Shown one piece after another: positions 28,418 to 39,694 of a stretch of 64,000 bases of DNA. Positions within the stretch are counted from its first letter, which is position 1, and the number at the start of each line of letters is the position of its first letter. This DNA is from Candidatus Poribacteria bacterium (GTDB lineage Bacteria; Poribacteria; WGA-4E; WGA-3G), in contig CBDANF010000003.1 in the NCBI GenBank assembly GCA_965197475.1, positions 4,103,389 through 4,167,388 of the forward strand. Direction: 5' to 3'. The position numbers were made by a program, and so were the translations under genes. The notes beneath the pieces are model-generated. The model made no database searches and had not been told where the DNA came from. It was given only the letters and a program-made list of their open reading frames with translations.

Positions 28418-30439
28418 ATGAATGAATTTTTAACATTGTTACTGCCATGGCAAGAAACACCTAATGACCAAATTTCGGATATTTTTGTTTATATCATTGG
28501 TGGATCCTTCCTCATATTGTTGACTTATTTTGGTATAAAAATTTTCATCCGATACCGTTTAATTAGAAGTTTAACGCGGAAAATCCATCAATTCAACAGA
28601 CCTGCTCAACCTTCAATTTTACAGGAATTAAAAGAAGAGTTTGATCGCAAAGCAAAATTTGCTGAAGCATGGCAGGAGTTTGCGGATTCACTGATTACAC
28701 GCCAACACGATGAAAACCAAGAAATAGTATACAAAACAGATGAAGCATCATTTTTCTTCAGTGAAGACCGTCTACTTGGGCAATATATGAATCTCCGATT
28801 TTGGAATAGCATTTCCGCTATATTGGTCGGATTCGGGATTCTTGGTACTTTTGTTGGCTTAGTTTGGGGATTGATACCGTTTTCAAGCATTGACTTTCAA
28901 AACACAGAAGAAATTAAAAATGCGATAAGAGAACTCCTTTCTGGTGTATCAACGGCGTTTGTTACATCCGTTTGGGGAATGATGGCTTCACTATTGTTTA
29001 ACGCAGTGGAGAAGTTGGCAATCGGAGGAGTGGGCAGTGAAATTGTGAATCTGCAGCGTTCACTTGGTAGGATATTTACATTAACAGTTGCAGAGGAAAT
29101 TGCGTTTAGACAAGAAGATGAATTAGCACAACAGACAGCAGCTCTTAAATCGTTTTCGACGGATTTGGCAAACGATATTAAAAGTGCTATGGCAGAGGGA
29201 AGACAGGAAATTCTAAGCGAGCTAAACAAAACTGTTGAAGCCTTCAGCACAACAATTTTAGAACAATTGAGACCGATCCTTGAGAGATTAATGGAAGCAA
29301 TTGAAGAATTGCGTCAGCAAAAAGAGGAATCTTCGACAGAGGCAATTGGAAAACTTATAGAAGAATTCCAAAAAAACCTTTCTACGTCAACAGTGACACA
29401 AATGGAAGAACTTGCTAAAACCGTAGGTGAGGCAAGTCAGAGTCTGAAGAATTTACCAGAGCAGATAAAAATGATGATAGCAAGTATACAAGAGCAGATT
29501 AATCAGACTCGCCAATTGTTAGCAGAAACGTCTCAAGAACAAGCAGATCAGATGAAAAACATGATGGATGAGATGATAAAAACACTCCAATCGGTTGTAG
29601 AATTAGCAGCAAAACAAACAGGTGAACAATTAGATCGACAGATGGGAAAAATGAAAGATGTTTCAGATGAGAGTATTCAAACGCTTCAAACGACAATTGT
29701 TGAATTAAGACAGTCAATTACTGATACACTTAAACAACAGCAAGAAGCAATCGGAAAAATTACTTCGGAAACAGCACAAGCCTCCGTTGATGCAACAGAT
29801 AGAATCTCGCAACTTATGGATCAAATTACCAGGAGACTCAGTGAAACCGTCCAAGGTGCTGAAAAGAGTATCAGCGAACTCTTACAGCAACAAAGCACGC
29901 AAACCGAAGTTTTCAACGCGCAGATTGCTAATTCACATGAGACACTTGCAAGCGGACAAAAAATGTTGGAAGAGATGAGAGCAAGCTTAGCAAGTGTCCA
30001 CCAAATTATTAAAACAGTACAAGCGTTTTCTAAACAGTTGACCACAGGATCAGACCAATTGGAAAATGCAGGACAACAACTGATGCAGGCAGGTATGGTG
30101 TTCAATCAAGAAAACGAAAGATATCTCACGGCAAATAGAGAAACAATTCAGCAACTTGGAAACTTACATGAGCGGACACAGCAATTGATAGACAACTCAA
30201 CACAACGTTTTCAAACAATTGACGAAGGGTTACAGGGTATTTTTGAACAAATTGAAAAGGGCTTGAATACCTATTCTGTTTCCGCTCGCGAGTCAATTAA
30301 TACCTACCTTAGTGACTTCTCAGATCAATTAACTAAAGCTGTTGCAGCACTTTCCAACAGCATTGAAGCACTTGATGATAATTTTGAGGACTTGAACGAT
30401 AGAATTGAACAGTTGATGCATCAGCAAGATAACAGATAA
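28418..30439 (+). CDS. zorA: Zorya protein ZorA (MotA-like TM domain with long coiled-coil tail)
   Basis: GILGTFVGL..GVSTAFVTSVWG TM motif; long heptad-rich tail; operon context. Confidence 0.92.
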   Translation: MNEFLTLLLPWQETPNDQISDIFVYIIGGSFLILLTYFGIKIFIRYRLIRSLTRKIHQFNRPAQPSILQELKEEFDRKAKFAEAWQEFADSLITRQHDENQEIVYKTDEASFFFSEDRLLGQYMNLRFWNSISAILVGFGILGTFVGLVWGLIPFSSIDFQNTEEIKNAIRELLSGVSTAFVTSVWGMMASLLFNAVEKLAIGGVGSEIVNLQRSLGRIFTLTVAEEIAFRQEDELAQQTAALKSFSTDLANDIKSAMAEGRQEILSELNKTVEAFSTTILEQLRPILERLMEAIEELRQQKEESSTEAIGKLIEEFQKNLSTSTVTQMEELAKTVGEASQSLKNLPEQIKMMIASIQEQINQTRQLLAETSQEQADQMKNMMDEMIKTLQSVVELAAKQTGEQLDRQMGKMKDVSDESIQTLQTTIVELRQSITDTLKQQQEAIGKITSETAQASVDATDRISQLMDQITRRLSETVQGAEKSISELLQQQSTQTEVFNAQIANSHETLASGQKMLEEMRASLASVHQIIKTVQAFSKQLTTGSDQLENAGQQLMQAGMVFNQENERYLTANRETIQQLGNLHERTQQLIDNSTQRFQTIDEGLQGIFEQIEKGLNTYSVSARESINTYLSDFSDQLTKAVAALSNSIEALDDNFEDLNDRIEQLMHQQDNR

Positions 30440-31227
30440 TGCAAAGAACACCTTCTAAATCTAAAACACTTACAGACGAAAACCCGTTCAGTCTTTCATT
30501 AGGCGATTTGATGGCAGGATTACTATTAATTTTTGTGCTGCTGCTATCTTTTGTTATGTTAAACTTAACGAAAGAAGTAGATCGTATTGATGAAATTAAC
30601 AAAAGATTAGATGAAATTAACAAAAGATTATTGGAAATCTTTACAGAATATGTAAAGAAACGCGAAAATCTATACAAAGACCTTAAGAGAGAATTTGAAA
30701 AAGATCTTCCAAAATGGAATGCTGTTTTGGATAGAGAGAAACTTTCTGTCCGCTTCAGAGAGCCAAAAGTGTTATTTGCACAAGGACAGGCAGAAGTGCA
30801 GTTTGCATTCAAAGAAATTTTGGATGATTTCTTTCCACGTTATATAGAAATTTTGCAACGCTCTGATTATATTAATGACATTGCAGAAATTCGAATTGAG
30901 GGGCACACATCAAGTGAATGGTCAGAGATAGTAAGTCAACAAGATGCCTATATTCTCAATATGGAATTATCACAAGACAGAACAAGAAGTGTGCTGCAAT
31001 ATGTGCTTCAGATACCTGCAATTGGTAGTAATAGAGACTGGATACAGCGGTACTTGACTGCTAATGGTTTATCTTCAAGTAAATTGATTGTTAATCCGGA
31101 TGATGGCATACAAAATAGAGAAGAATCAAGACGAGTAGAGTTCCGAGTACGGACTAACGCAGAAAAGCAGCTTGAAGAAATCAAGGAACTTGCAAAAATA
31201 TTGGAGAAAAATCGTGAAGTCCGCTAA
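30439..31227 (+). CDS. zorB: Zorya protein ZorB (MotB/OmpA-like)
   Basis: GDLMAGLLLIF with conserved Asp, IRIEGHTSSEW, NMELSQDR, SRRVEFRV. Confidence 0.93.
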   Translation: MQRTPSKSKTLTDENPFSLSLGDLMAGLLLIFVLLLSFVMLNLTKEVDRIDEINKRLDEINKRLLEIFTEYVKKRENLYKDLKREFEKDLPKWNAVLDREKLSVRFREPKVLFAQGQAEVQFAFKEILDDFFPRYIEILQRSDYINDIAEIRIEGHTSSEWSEIVSQQDAYILNMELSQDRTRSVLQYVLQIPAIGSNRDWIQRYLTANGLSSSKLIVNPDDGIQNREESRRVEFRVRTNAEKQLEEIKELAKILEKNREVR

Positions 31228-32605
31228 AAAAATATTAGAATTTGATTTTAATGCCGATGTGTTTGCTCGGCGCGCACCGCAGCCCTCTAAACCCAGTCAA
31301 CAGAATCTTGATATTCTGGAGGAAATTGTGAAAAAACATGGTAATGATGGTTATGAACCACCGAATCAAGAGGACCTCCGCCAGATTTATCACTTATTCA
31401 TTCAGACGAGTCGGGATGGCAAATTATATCGAGAATTTGACAATCGTAAACGTATCCGACAACTTACATGGGCATTAACTTTCTCCGAAAAAAATCAGCC
31501 CCGAATTGTAGATACACCGCAACTGCACGATGCCTTACAACTAATAGAAGAACGTTTTCGTATCAGCTACCTCCCGGGAATTTTCAATGCATTGCTACAA
31601 ACATGGGATGCACCAAATGCCAGCATGCTACGCGCTTTTATCAAAAAACATTTGACCGATTACAACGGATCCCGAAAATTCGCGCGAGAACTGAAAACAA
31701 ATATGAAATGGTATTGTGAGGAAAACAGCGCGACGCAACTTGCGACAGAACTACTTCGCTCAAATAAGAAACTCTCAGATACCTGGTCATTCCTTGAACT
31801 TGAACGGCACGAAGATACACATTGTTACCGCTATTTCGGTGCGATTGCAGAGGCATTTATTTCACTCAACAAAAATATTAATCGAGATGTTTTGGCGGAT
31901 GTTAGCAACTTTTTGGAGAGGCACAATAACGATCAAACCAGCCGCTCCGTATTATCGGGAGTTATTGAGCAACTTGGCATTAATGCTCCTGAAGACTTAC
32001 GACAACCTGTTCAGTCCTATGTTCTTCAAAAATGGCAAGATCCACGAATTGTTGGTCCTGACGTAAAATGGCATGGTGTTTCGAAGGAAGCACGCAAAAT
32101 CTTCACCAAATGGCTTACAGAAGCAGACCTCGAATTTTTCTTTGATATCGTAGCCAAAGCCTGCAATGACCAAAAATTTGCCTATAGAAAAGCGTTTTGG
32201 CTTGCTTATCTTGAGCACATTACCTCCTGTCGTCCTGTGTTACGCAAAAATGTTGAAAAACTTTTTATAGAAGACCCTGAAGCCTTGCAATACTACAACG
32301 AACGCCGTCCTGCTACATTGACAGGAGGCAGTTCCAACCAACATGCTTTCATTATTCAGATAGGAGAGTATACTTTTGTTGAGTTTAGTACTGCAGGTGC
32401 ATGCTATGTCTACCGAAACAGCAACCTTCCTTTTGAATTAAGTGACTCAGCTTATACTATGGGCGAGTTGAAAAATCAACTATGGGCGAGATATAAAATG
32501 AATCACTTCAGTGCTGAAAAATATTCTTGGCAAAGAAAGTTTGAATCGTGGATATACAATGAACTTGGCGTAGAACCGCAACGGAGTTATCGGTTATTAG
32601 GGTAG
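31214..32605 (+). CDS. zorC: Zorya protein ZorC (EH signature domain)
   Basis: WQDPR, RKAFWLAY, FVEFS..GACYVY, H..WQ; GTG start with ggag SD. Confidence 0.85.
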   Translation: MKSAKKILEFDFNADVFARRAPQPSKPSQQNLDILEEIVKKHGNDGYEPPNQEDLRQIYHLFIQTSRDGKLYREFDNRKRIRQLTWALTFSEKNQPRIVDTPQLHDALQLIEERFRISYLPGIFNALLQTWDAPNASMLRAFIKKHLTDYNGSRKFARELKTNMKWYCEENSATQLATELLRSNKKLSDTWSFLELERHEDTHCYRYFGAIAEAFISLNKNINRDVLADVSNFLERHNNDQTSRSVLSGVIEQLGINAPEDLRQPVQSYVLQKWQDPRIVGPDVKWHGVSKEARKIFTKWLTEADLEFFFDIVAKACNDQKFAYRKAFWLAYLEHITSCRPVLRKNVEKLFIEDPEALQYYNERRPATLTGGSSNQHAFIIQIGEYTFVEFSTAGACYVYRNSNLPFELSDSAYTMGELKNQLWARYKMNHFSAEKYSWQRKFESWIYNELGVEPQRSYRLLG

Positions 32606-32609
32606 TAAA

Positions 32610-35600
32610 ATGAGAAATCTATTCCAAAGAAATAGTCCTAAACAGTTACAATTCAATTGGCAAGAAACAAAAAAAGGTATTCTGTTTACTTCACCATCAG
32701 AAAACCTGTCTCTAATTGAATACGCCTCAAACTTGCCAACAGATGCTCACCAGGCACAAGCACAATGGCTGTTACTCAAGGAGCTACTTGATAACGGTCA
32801 AGGGGAATTGGCAGACAAAGGTATACATATCCCTAATGAGGAAGTATGCCAACTTGAGTCAGTTGAACATGGGTTACTCGGTTTGCCTGAACCGTATCCG
32901 TTTGATATCGAAATCCGATCACACGGAACGTTTAACCAACCAGAGTTCCGATACAATTATCAGTTTCTACAGCCGGACCTAAAACCTTTGCATCCAAAAC
33001 GGATTGGCTGTATTTTACGTTTGACAAAAAATTGGGTATATCTCTTGTCACACGAACAGTTTGTACTTCTGGAGGCTTTGGATGCGTTCAATACACGAGG
33101 CACTACTGACAAAAATTTTGAAACCAATTTACTTGAATTTGCAAAGATAAAAGGTCTCGCAAAAGGGATAGGTGCTGCCCTTGATCTTTACCTTAACCAA
33201 AACGAAGTTGTTGCGCCGGAAACCGTTCGCTTGCGCCTGCGGGAGTCTGGCGATGAAGTTGAGATAATACCTGACGTGGCAGGGGTTGACAACGAAAAGT
33301 TTGAAGAGGTTTTTGATAAATTTCCGAATGCTGAAACCACTTACAATTTACCTCGTCCTGACGGTGGCAAAACCCGCGTACTCTTCCAAAGTAAACAAAG
33401 AGAGGCATTGGAAGCCGTTAAAGACAATCGACGCGTTTCTCGCGAACAGCTCACGGAGATGGCTAAACACCCACAAGAATACTTTGATCCAGACATCGTT
33501 GAACTTGATCCAACAGATGAGAATTTATCCTTCAGCGAGCGTGTCCTTGAAATTGGCATTTACCAACCGAGGGTCTATCCATTTGTTTCGCCATACAAAA
33601 GTGAATGGATTCCTGGTATTTCAGTTGAGAATGAATCAGGTGAACGGATAAAAATTCAGGTTAAAACCGAAGAGGAACTTATAGAATTGGAAAATGTGAT
33701 TGGTGAAGCAAGGCGAAGTGGCCAAAAACAGGTGACATGGAAGGGACAGCAGATTCCGACTTCCGATCTTGAGGAACTTCTCCCGTTCATTAAAGAGCGG
33801 CTTAAACGCCGCAAAAAACCGTACCCTGCACCAGGTGAAAAATCGGATACGGCAGTTTTAATTATTGATGAGAACATTGAAGAATCTGATTTTGTCGCTC
33901 CAAAAGGTTCTTCGGTTACAGAACCATTTCGGTATCTACTTGAACCCGCACCAAACCTCAAAGAAGAATTCAATCTTTTGCCACATCAAGAGGAAGGACT
34001 TGCATGGGTGCAACAACTTTCGCAGAGAAAGTATCCTGGTGGATTACTTGCTGATGATATGGGACTTGGCAAGACGTTACAAGTACTCTGCTTTCTGGAA
34101 TGGCATCATGCAAGATATCGCTCACAAGAATCGGAACGGAACCCGTACCTTATCGTTGCCCCCATTGCACTTTTAGAAAATTGGGCAGCGGAATATCAAA
34201 AGTTTTTCAACAACGGCGCGTTGAATTTTATCACGTTATATGGAAAAGAACTGAAAAACTATAAAATTGACCTGTCCCAAGCTACCAAAATCCAGATTCC
34301 AGAGATAAAAGGCGCGGAACGGCTAAAGGAATTACGGAAAAAGCGTGGCGCACTTGATGTCACACGTCTCCAAAAATCCGATGTAGTACTAACTACCTAT
34401 GAGACCGTCCGAGATTTCCAATTGGATTTAGGCTTAGTTCAATGGGCAACGGTTATCATTGACGAAGCACAAAAAATTAAAACACCGGGAACGCTCGTCA
34501 CAAACGCATTGAAAGCACTCAAGACCGATTTTCGTATTGCTATGACCGGAACCCCTGTCGAAAACTCGTTGATGGATTTGTGGTGCATCACTGATTTCGT
34601 GACACCGGGTAATTTTGATAGCGCGAAAAAATTCAATAATGAATTTTGCCGCCCTCTTGAAAAGCCTGAGACAGACATTCGTGCGCTTGGAGAACAAATT
34701 CGTAAACGTATCGGTGTTCACCTCAAAAGACGACTAAAAACTGATATTCTTGATGATCTTCCCAAAAAGCATGTTCATGTAGAAATGTGTCAACATGAGA
34801 TGCCTCCAACACAAGCAGAACGTTATCAAGTTGCCCTTCAATCCACAAAAGATAGTGGAGCAACAGGACCGCAACAACGCAACCGTATTTTGCAAATTCT
34901 TCATCAACTACGCGACATCTCCGATCACCCCTCATTATCCGATTCGCAATTGGAGCAAGTTCCTACCAATGAGTTAATCAATCAATCGGCAAAATTGATA
35001 GTCACTGAAGAACTTCTTAATAAAATTCGCTCTGATGACGAAAAGGTCATACTGTTTGCAGAACGTCGAAAGACGCAGCATCTTCTTGCAAAGGTCATTA
35101 AAGAACGATTTGAGTTAGAAAATATTTCTATTGTCAATGGCGATACCCCTGGAAGTAAACAAAAAGAGAACTCAATGAAAATGAGTCGTCAACAAGCCGT
35201 TGATCGTTTCCAAGAGACTCCAGGATTCAATGCTATTATCATGTCACCTCTCTCTGCTGGTGTTGGTCTCAATATCACAGAGGCAAACCATGTGATTCAT
35301 TATAGTCGTTGGTGGAATCCTGCTAAAGAAGACCAAGCAAGCGATCGAGTATATCGCATCGGACAAGAACGGGCGGTCCACATCTACCTCCCAATGGCAA
35401 CTCACCCGGAATTTAAAACATTTGATGTGATTCTCCACGAACTCCTTGAGCGAAAACGCCAACTTTCTCAAAATACGTTGTTTCCAACAGAGCGAGCAGA
35501 AGTAAAACCTGCAGAGATTTTAGATGCTGTACTGCTAACGCCTTCCGAAACGAAAATCGGTCAACCAACGAAAATCGGTCAACCACTGACAATTGAAGAT

Positions 35601-36017
35601 GTTGACAAACTTGAGCCCCGATCCTTTGAAGTTTTTATCACCGCACTTTTTCGAAAACAGGGATACCGTGTTGAATTAACACCTCATTCCGGTGACAAAG
35701 GTGCAGATGTTGTTGTACACCCAAGTCAGGTAGAAAACTTTGGACTCCTGATACAAGTCAAACAGCGTCAAGCTGGAGGAAAACCTGGAAATGATGCTGT
35801 GAATGAGATTATCGCCGCAAAACCTTTTTATGAAGAAAAGTATGGTGCAACTTTCCAACTTGTTGTTACAACAAACCGAACTTTTACTAGAGAAGCACGC
35901 GAACTCAGTCGAGCGAATGATGTGCAAATATACGAGCGTAAATGGATAATTGAAAATTTGCAGCAATACCCTATAACATGGACAGATGTTAATCTGTGTC
36001 AGTTTCAGACAGGCTAA
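32610..36017 (+). CDS. zorD: Zorya protein ZorD (SNF2 helicase/ATPase + C-terminal Mrr-like nuclease)
   Basis: LADDMGLGKTLQ, DEAQ, TGTPVEN, WWNPAKEDQASDRVYRIGQ; GDKGADV..IQVK. Confidence 0.92.
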   Translation: MRNLFQRNSPKQLQFNWQETKKGILFTSPSENLSLIEYASNLPTDAHQAQAQWLLLKELLDNGQGELADKGIHIPNEEVCQLESVEHGLLGLPEPYPFDIEIRSHGTFNQPEFRYNYQFLQPDLKPLHPKRIGCILRLTKNWVYLLSHEQFVLLEALDAFNTRGTTDKNFETNLLEFAKIKGLAKGIGAALDLYLNQNEVVAPETVRLRLRESGDEVEIIPDVAGVDNEKFEEVFDKFPNAETTYNLPRPDGGKTRVLFQSKQREALEAVKDNRRVSREQLTEMAKHPQEYFDPDIVELDPTDENLSFSERVLEIGIYQPRVYPFVSPYKSEWIPGISVENESGERIKIQVKTEEELIELENVIGEARRSGQKQVTWKGQQIPTSDLEELLPFIKERLKRRKKPYPAPGEKSDTAVLIIDENIEESDFVAPKGSSVTEPFRYLLEPAPNLKEEFNLLPHQEEGLAWVQQLSQRKYPGGLLADDMGLGKTLQVLCFLEWHHARYRSQESERNPYLIVAPIALLENWAAEYQKFFNNGALNFITLYGKELKNYKIDLSQATKIQIPEIKGAERLKELRKKRGALDVTRLQKSDVVLTTYETVRDFQLDLGLVQWATVIIDEAQKIKTPGTLVTNALKALKTDFRIAMTGTPVENSLMDLWCITDFVTPGNFDSAKKFNNEFCRPLEKPETDIRALGEQIRKRIGVHLKRRLKTDILDDLPKKHVHVEMCQHEMPPTQAERYQVALQSTKDSGATGPQQRNRILQILHQLRDISDHPSLSDSQLEQVPTNELINQSAKLIVTEELLNKIRSDDEKVILFAERRKTQHLLAKVIKERFELENISIVNGDTPGSKQKENSMKMSRQQAVDRFQETPGFNAIIMSPLSAGVGLNITEANHVIHYSRWWNPAKEDQASDRVYRIGQERAVHIYLPMATHPEFKTFDVILHELLERKRQLSQNTLFPTERAEVKPAEILDAVLLTPSETKIGQPTKIGQPLTIEDVDKLEPRSFEVFITALFRKQGYRVELTPHSGDKGADVVVHPSQVENFGLLIQVKQRQAGGKPGNDAVNEIIAAKPFYEEKYGATFQLVVTTNRTFTREARELSRANDVQIYERKWIIENLQQYPITWTDVNLCQFQTG

Positions 36018-36079
36018 TGTATGATAAACCACATTAATCTCCAATTGCCCAGAAGAACAAGAGGACAGTACATCAAGAA

Positions 36080-37408
36080 TCAGAGAATCTCTGCCGCAGG
36101 ATAACGTTTATCCCCAGGTGACACATCGGACGGATCGTTTAGCACCACAGTGTCTGGCGGTGTCATAATCTGGTTTTCGTCTACAGGATCGGCCGTATCC
36201 GTTCTCCATTGCTCTAAACGTTGGCGCATTTCTGCCAAAACATCAGCATAATCCGGATTTCCAACGAGATTATGCGCTTCCGAAGAATCAAATACTACAT
36301 CATATAACCGTTCCGATTCTATAGGTTGACTTGCCCAATCATTCTCCAGCATATAAGATTTACTGATACTATCATCGCAGTTAGGCAGTGCCCACTGTTT
36401 GGCGTTGTCATACCGCCTGATGTATTTCCATCGCTTGGTTCGGACAGCGCGCTGCGGTTCATAACAGCAGTGATAATTGACTTCGGCAAAAATAGCATCA
36501 TGAATATCATCAGACTCACCACGAACCAAAGGAAGAATAGAATTTCCCTGTAACCACTCAGGCGGTTCAATCTCAGCCAATTCACAGATAGTAGGAAACA
36601 GGTCAATTTGGCTGACTAACCCATCTACGACTTTTCCACTATCAAATCCGCCTGGTCCTCGGGCAATTAGCATTACGCCGATACCGTGATCGGTAACGTG
36701 ACATTTCATACGGGGAAAAGCGAGTCCGTGGTCTGTCGTGCATATCACAAGTGTGTTTTCAGCAAGTCCGTTTTCTTCCAATGCATCAAAAACTTTTCCC
36801 ATTTTCCAATCAAGTCTGCGCGCAGAATCTATGTATTCCGCCATATCTTGTCGAGTTACAGATGTATCAGGAAACGGTGCGGGCGGTTTAACATAGCGCG
36901 GATCGGTTTTCGGTTCACCGTCTGGCGGCGGAGCAAACCCTTTTGCGCGGCGATGTGTTTCTCCAAATCCAACATCTAAGAAGAATGGTTCATTAGGTTT
37001 TTCGTCAAGAAACGCACACGCACGTTGTTCTGCACCAGCGTTGCCGTTTTCTTGGGCTAAGATCCGTTGGTAACCTGTGTCCTTAACATTGCGTACGACA
37101 TGCTGGAAGCCTGCTAATGCAGTAGCGTAACCGGCTTTATTCAGTGTGTGTGGGATGAGATGTTCCGGTACAGGTAGACTCCACCCGCGGTTTGCCAATC
37201 CGCCCATGCCGCAGCTGTGTGCCCACTGTCCGGTGAGCAGTGCTGCGCGCGATGGCGAACAGGTTGGGTTTGCACAAAAGGCATTGCGGAACAGTGCTCC
37301 CTCTTCCGCTAATTTTTGAATGTTCGGGGTCGGAATTGCATGACCGTAAGGCTGCACATACCGTCCTGTATCGTGAGAATGGATATAGATAATATTTGGG
37401 TTGTTCAT
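36080..37408 (-). CDS. Sulfatase (formylglycine-dependent)
   Basis: CSPSRAALLTG motif, TTDHG. Confidence 0.92.
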   Translation of the reverse strand: MNNPNIIYIHSHDTGRYVQPYGHAIPTPNIQKLAEEGALFRNAFCANPTCSPSRAALLTGQWAHSCGMGGLANRGWSLPVPEHLIPHTLNKAGYATALAGFQHVVRNVKDTGYQRILAQENGNAGAEQRACAFLDEKPNEPFFLDVGFGETHRRAKGFAPPPDGEPKTDPRYVKPPAPFPDTSVTRQDMAEYIDSARRLDWKMGKVFDALEENGLAENTLVICTTDHGLAFPRMKCHVTDHGIGVMLIARGPGGFDSGKVVDGLVSQIDLFPTICELAEIEPPEWLQGNSILPLVRGESDDIHDAIFAEVNYHCCYEPQRAVRTKRWKYIRRYDNAKQWALPNCDDSISKSYMLENDWASQPIESERLYDVVFDSSEAHNLVGNPDYADVLAEMRQRLEQWRTDTADPVDENQIMTPPDTVVLNDPSDVSPGDKRYPAAEIL

Positions 37409-37672
37409 ATTTTACCGTGATGTGTGTTAAGTGAATATGTGCTACTACCGCTAACCTTAGCGGAAATTAGATTGGGTGGACACCTATGGTGTCAAACTTT
37501 CTCGGAAAACATTGACAACAGCCTCAATAATAGCTAACGACTAATACGAAATTTACCCGCCTGTCAAATGTATAAATTGAGTATACTCCAAAACCGAAGT
37601 GATGTCAAGGATTTCTGCAATACATCTGGGGTCATTTATGGTAGATTTTAGAATTAACAAGACACTCTGAAC

Positions 37673-37698
37673 AGGCGAGGTTAGGAAACCTCGCCTAC
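37673..37698 (-). repeat. GTAG-type REP-like hairpin
   Basis: aggcgaggtt-agg-aaacctcgcctac. Confidence 0.6.
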
Positions 37699-37919
37699 TG
37701 AGGGACGGTTCCCTGTGCATGTGGGGTCACAACCTGTCTATTTATTTCACAATTCACTATAGTTTTCCGAAATTTAAGATTTTCGGTTAAGACTCTCCGC
37801 TGTGAATCAACACCAAATGCGCTTATGGTATTTGATGGGATCGACCTCCCAGCATCGATTTTTCGGCTAAAATGGATAAAAAGCCGAAAACTAAATAACC
37901 CTGCCTGCCTAAAATATAA

Positions 37920-37948
37920 TTGACAGCATTCAACAAAGGTGCTACAAT
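37920..37948 (+). promoter_or_regulatory. Sigma70 promoter of serA
   Basis: TTGACA-17-TACAAT with extended TGn. Confidence 0.65.
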
Positions 37949-37986
37949 TTAAGATGCCTTATGCGTTGGCGGGAGGAATTTCGATT

Positions 37987-39570
37987 ATGGACAAAGTGCT
38001 GGTTAGCGATTTGCTATCGCAGCAGGGTTTAGATGTTTTAATCAAAAGCGGCGATTTCAAGGTTGATGTCAAGTTAGAGTTAACCCATGAGAAATTGTTA
38101 GAACGTATTGCTGATTACGATGCCCTACTTATTAGAAGTGAGACCAGAGTAACAGCAGATGTAATTGAGGCAGCAAAGAGGCTAAAGGTTATTGGACGCG
38201 CTGGGGTCGGTGTAGATAACATTGATGTAGAAGCTGCCACGCGAAACGGCATTTTAATCGTCAATACGCCGACAGGGAATACGATAGCAGCAGCGGAACA
38301 CACCATCGCGCTCTTATTAGCTTTGGCACGGAACATTGTGCCTGCTGGCATCTCCCTGAAAAACAGAACTTGGCAGCGGAACGACTTCATCGGTGTTGAA
38401 TTATACGGCAAGGTCTTCGGCACCGTCGGACTCGGTAGAATTGGACGTGAAGTTACGAAGCGGGCACTCGCTTTCGGCATGCAACTCATTGCTTATGACC
38501 CTTATATCTCCACTAACGCTGCTAAAAAAATGGGAGTCCGCCTCGTTGATCGCGAAACCCTATTCCGGGAATCAGATTATATTTCCATTCATACCCATCT
38601 CAATGCGGAAACCTACCACAGTGTCGGAGAGGCTGAATTTCAGAGTATGAAACCCACCGGGCGTCTAATAAACTGTGCACGTGGCGGTATCATTGACGAA
38701 AATGCGCTCTATCACGCGCTGAAAGAGAAACAGATCGCTGGTGCTGCGCTTGATGTTTTTGAAGATGAGCCTGCTATTGATAGTCCACTCCTTGAACTGG
38801 ATAACGTGCTTGCATTACCACACCTCGGCGCATCAACAACTGAGGCACAAGAACACGTTGCTATTGAAGTAGCACAGCAAGTAATCAATGCACTACAAGG
38901 TAAACCTGTCGCTAACCCAGTTAATCATCCTAAAATTGATCCGAGAATGTTTGAAATTTTGGGACCCTATCTTGAACTGGCAGAAAAGATCGGCAGTTTT
39001 CATTCCCAAATTGTTGAAGGACAAATCTCAGCAATTAAAATCCATTATGGCGGTGCCTTATTTCAGAAAGAGGATGTAACGCCCATCACTGTCGCTCTGC
39101 AGAAAGGGTTATTGTCACCAGTACTCAACGAGGTTAATTATGTTAACGCGCCTTTTCTAATTAAGCAGCGCGGAATTTCAGTGACTGAAGCAAAGAGCGA
39201 TGCCGAAGCGGATTTTTCGAACTTGATTACTGTCACCATTACCACGGATAGGGGAGAAACACTTATTGCTGGGACAACTTTTGGACGAAAAGATATCCGC
39301 ATCGTCCGTATTAACCAACTTCACCTGAACGCCACGCCAGAAGGATACATACTTCTCATTTACAACCGAGATCAGCCAGGGATGATCGGGTTAATCGGAA
39401 CCATTTTGGGTGAGCACAACATCAATATAGCGGATATGACGGTTGGACGGTCTCGTGTCGGAGAAGTTGCGCTAACACTCATAAATGTGGATAGCCTGGT
39501 GCCACGCTCCGTTTTGAAATCTATAGCTGCGCAAGAAAAGATTGATTTTGTCAAGCAGGTTCTCCTGTAA
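37987..39570 (+). CDS. serA: D-3-phosphoglycerate dehydrogenase (with ASB and ACT domains)
   Basis: GRAGVGVDNID, GLGRIG, NCARGG, PHLGAST, DQPGMIG; ATG 37987 has a gggagg SD and lies downstream of the promoter. Confidence 0.95.
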   Translation: MDKVLVSDLLSQQGLDVLIKSGDFKVDVKLELTHEKLLERIADYDALLIRSETRVTADVIEAAKRLKVIGRAGVGVDNIDVEAATRNGILIVNTPTGNTIAAAEHTIALLLALARNIVPAGISLKNRTWQRNDFIGVELYGKVFGTVGLGRIGREVTKRALAFGMQLIAYDPYISTNAAKKMGVRLVDRETLFRESDYISIHTHLNAETYHSVGEAEFQSMKPTGRLINCARGGIIDENALYHALKEKQIAGAALDVFEDEPAIDSPLLELDNVLALPHLGASTTEAQEHVAIEVAQQVINALQGKPVANPVNHPKIDPRMFEILGPYLELAEKIGSFHSQIVEGQISAIKIHYGGALFQKEDVTPITVALQKGLLSPVLNEVNYVNAPFLIKQRGISVTEAKSDAEADFSNLITVTITTDRGETLIAGTTFGRKDIRIVRINQLHLNATPEGYILLIYNRDQPGMIGLIGTILGEHNINIADMTVGRSRVGEVALTLINVDSLVPRSVLKSIAAQEKIDFVKQVLL

Positions 39571-39694
39571 TGTGCTGTCAATCCTATGTGGTACGCGTGG
39601 TTCTAACCAGACTATTGAAACATCACATAACCAACAATTTGGGAATCGACAACGTACTTGTTAGCAAAATCGTATACGACAAGGGAGTATTAAT

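Noticed and set aside
28418-31227. Flagellar stator motAB
   Set aside because: The long ZorA tail and downstream EH-signature and SNF2 genes identify Zorya.
37939-37986. Longer N-terminus of serA from the ORF track
   Set aside because: That start lies inside the predicted promoter; ATG 37987 has a good SD.
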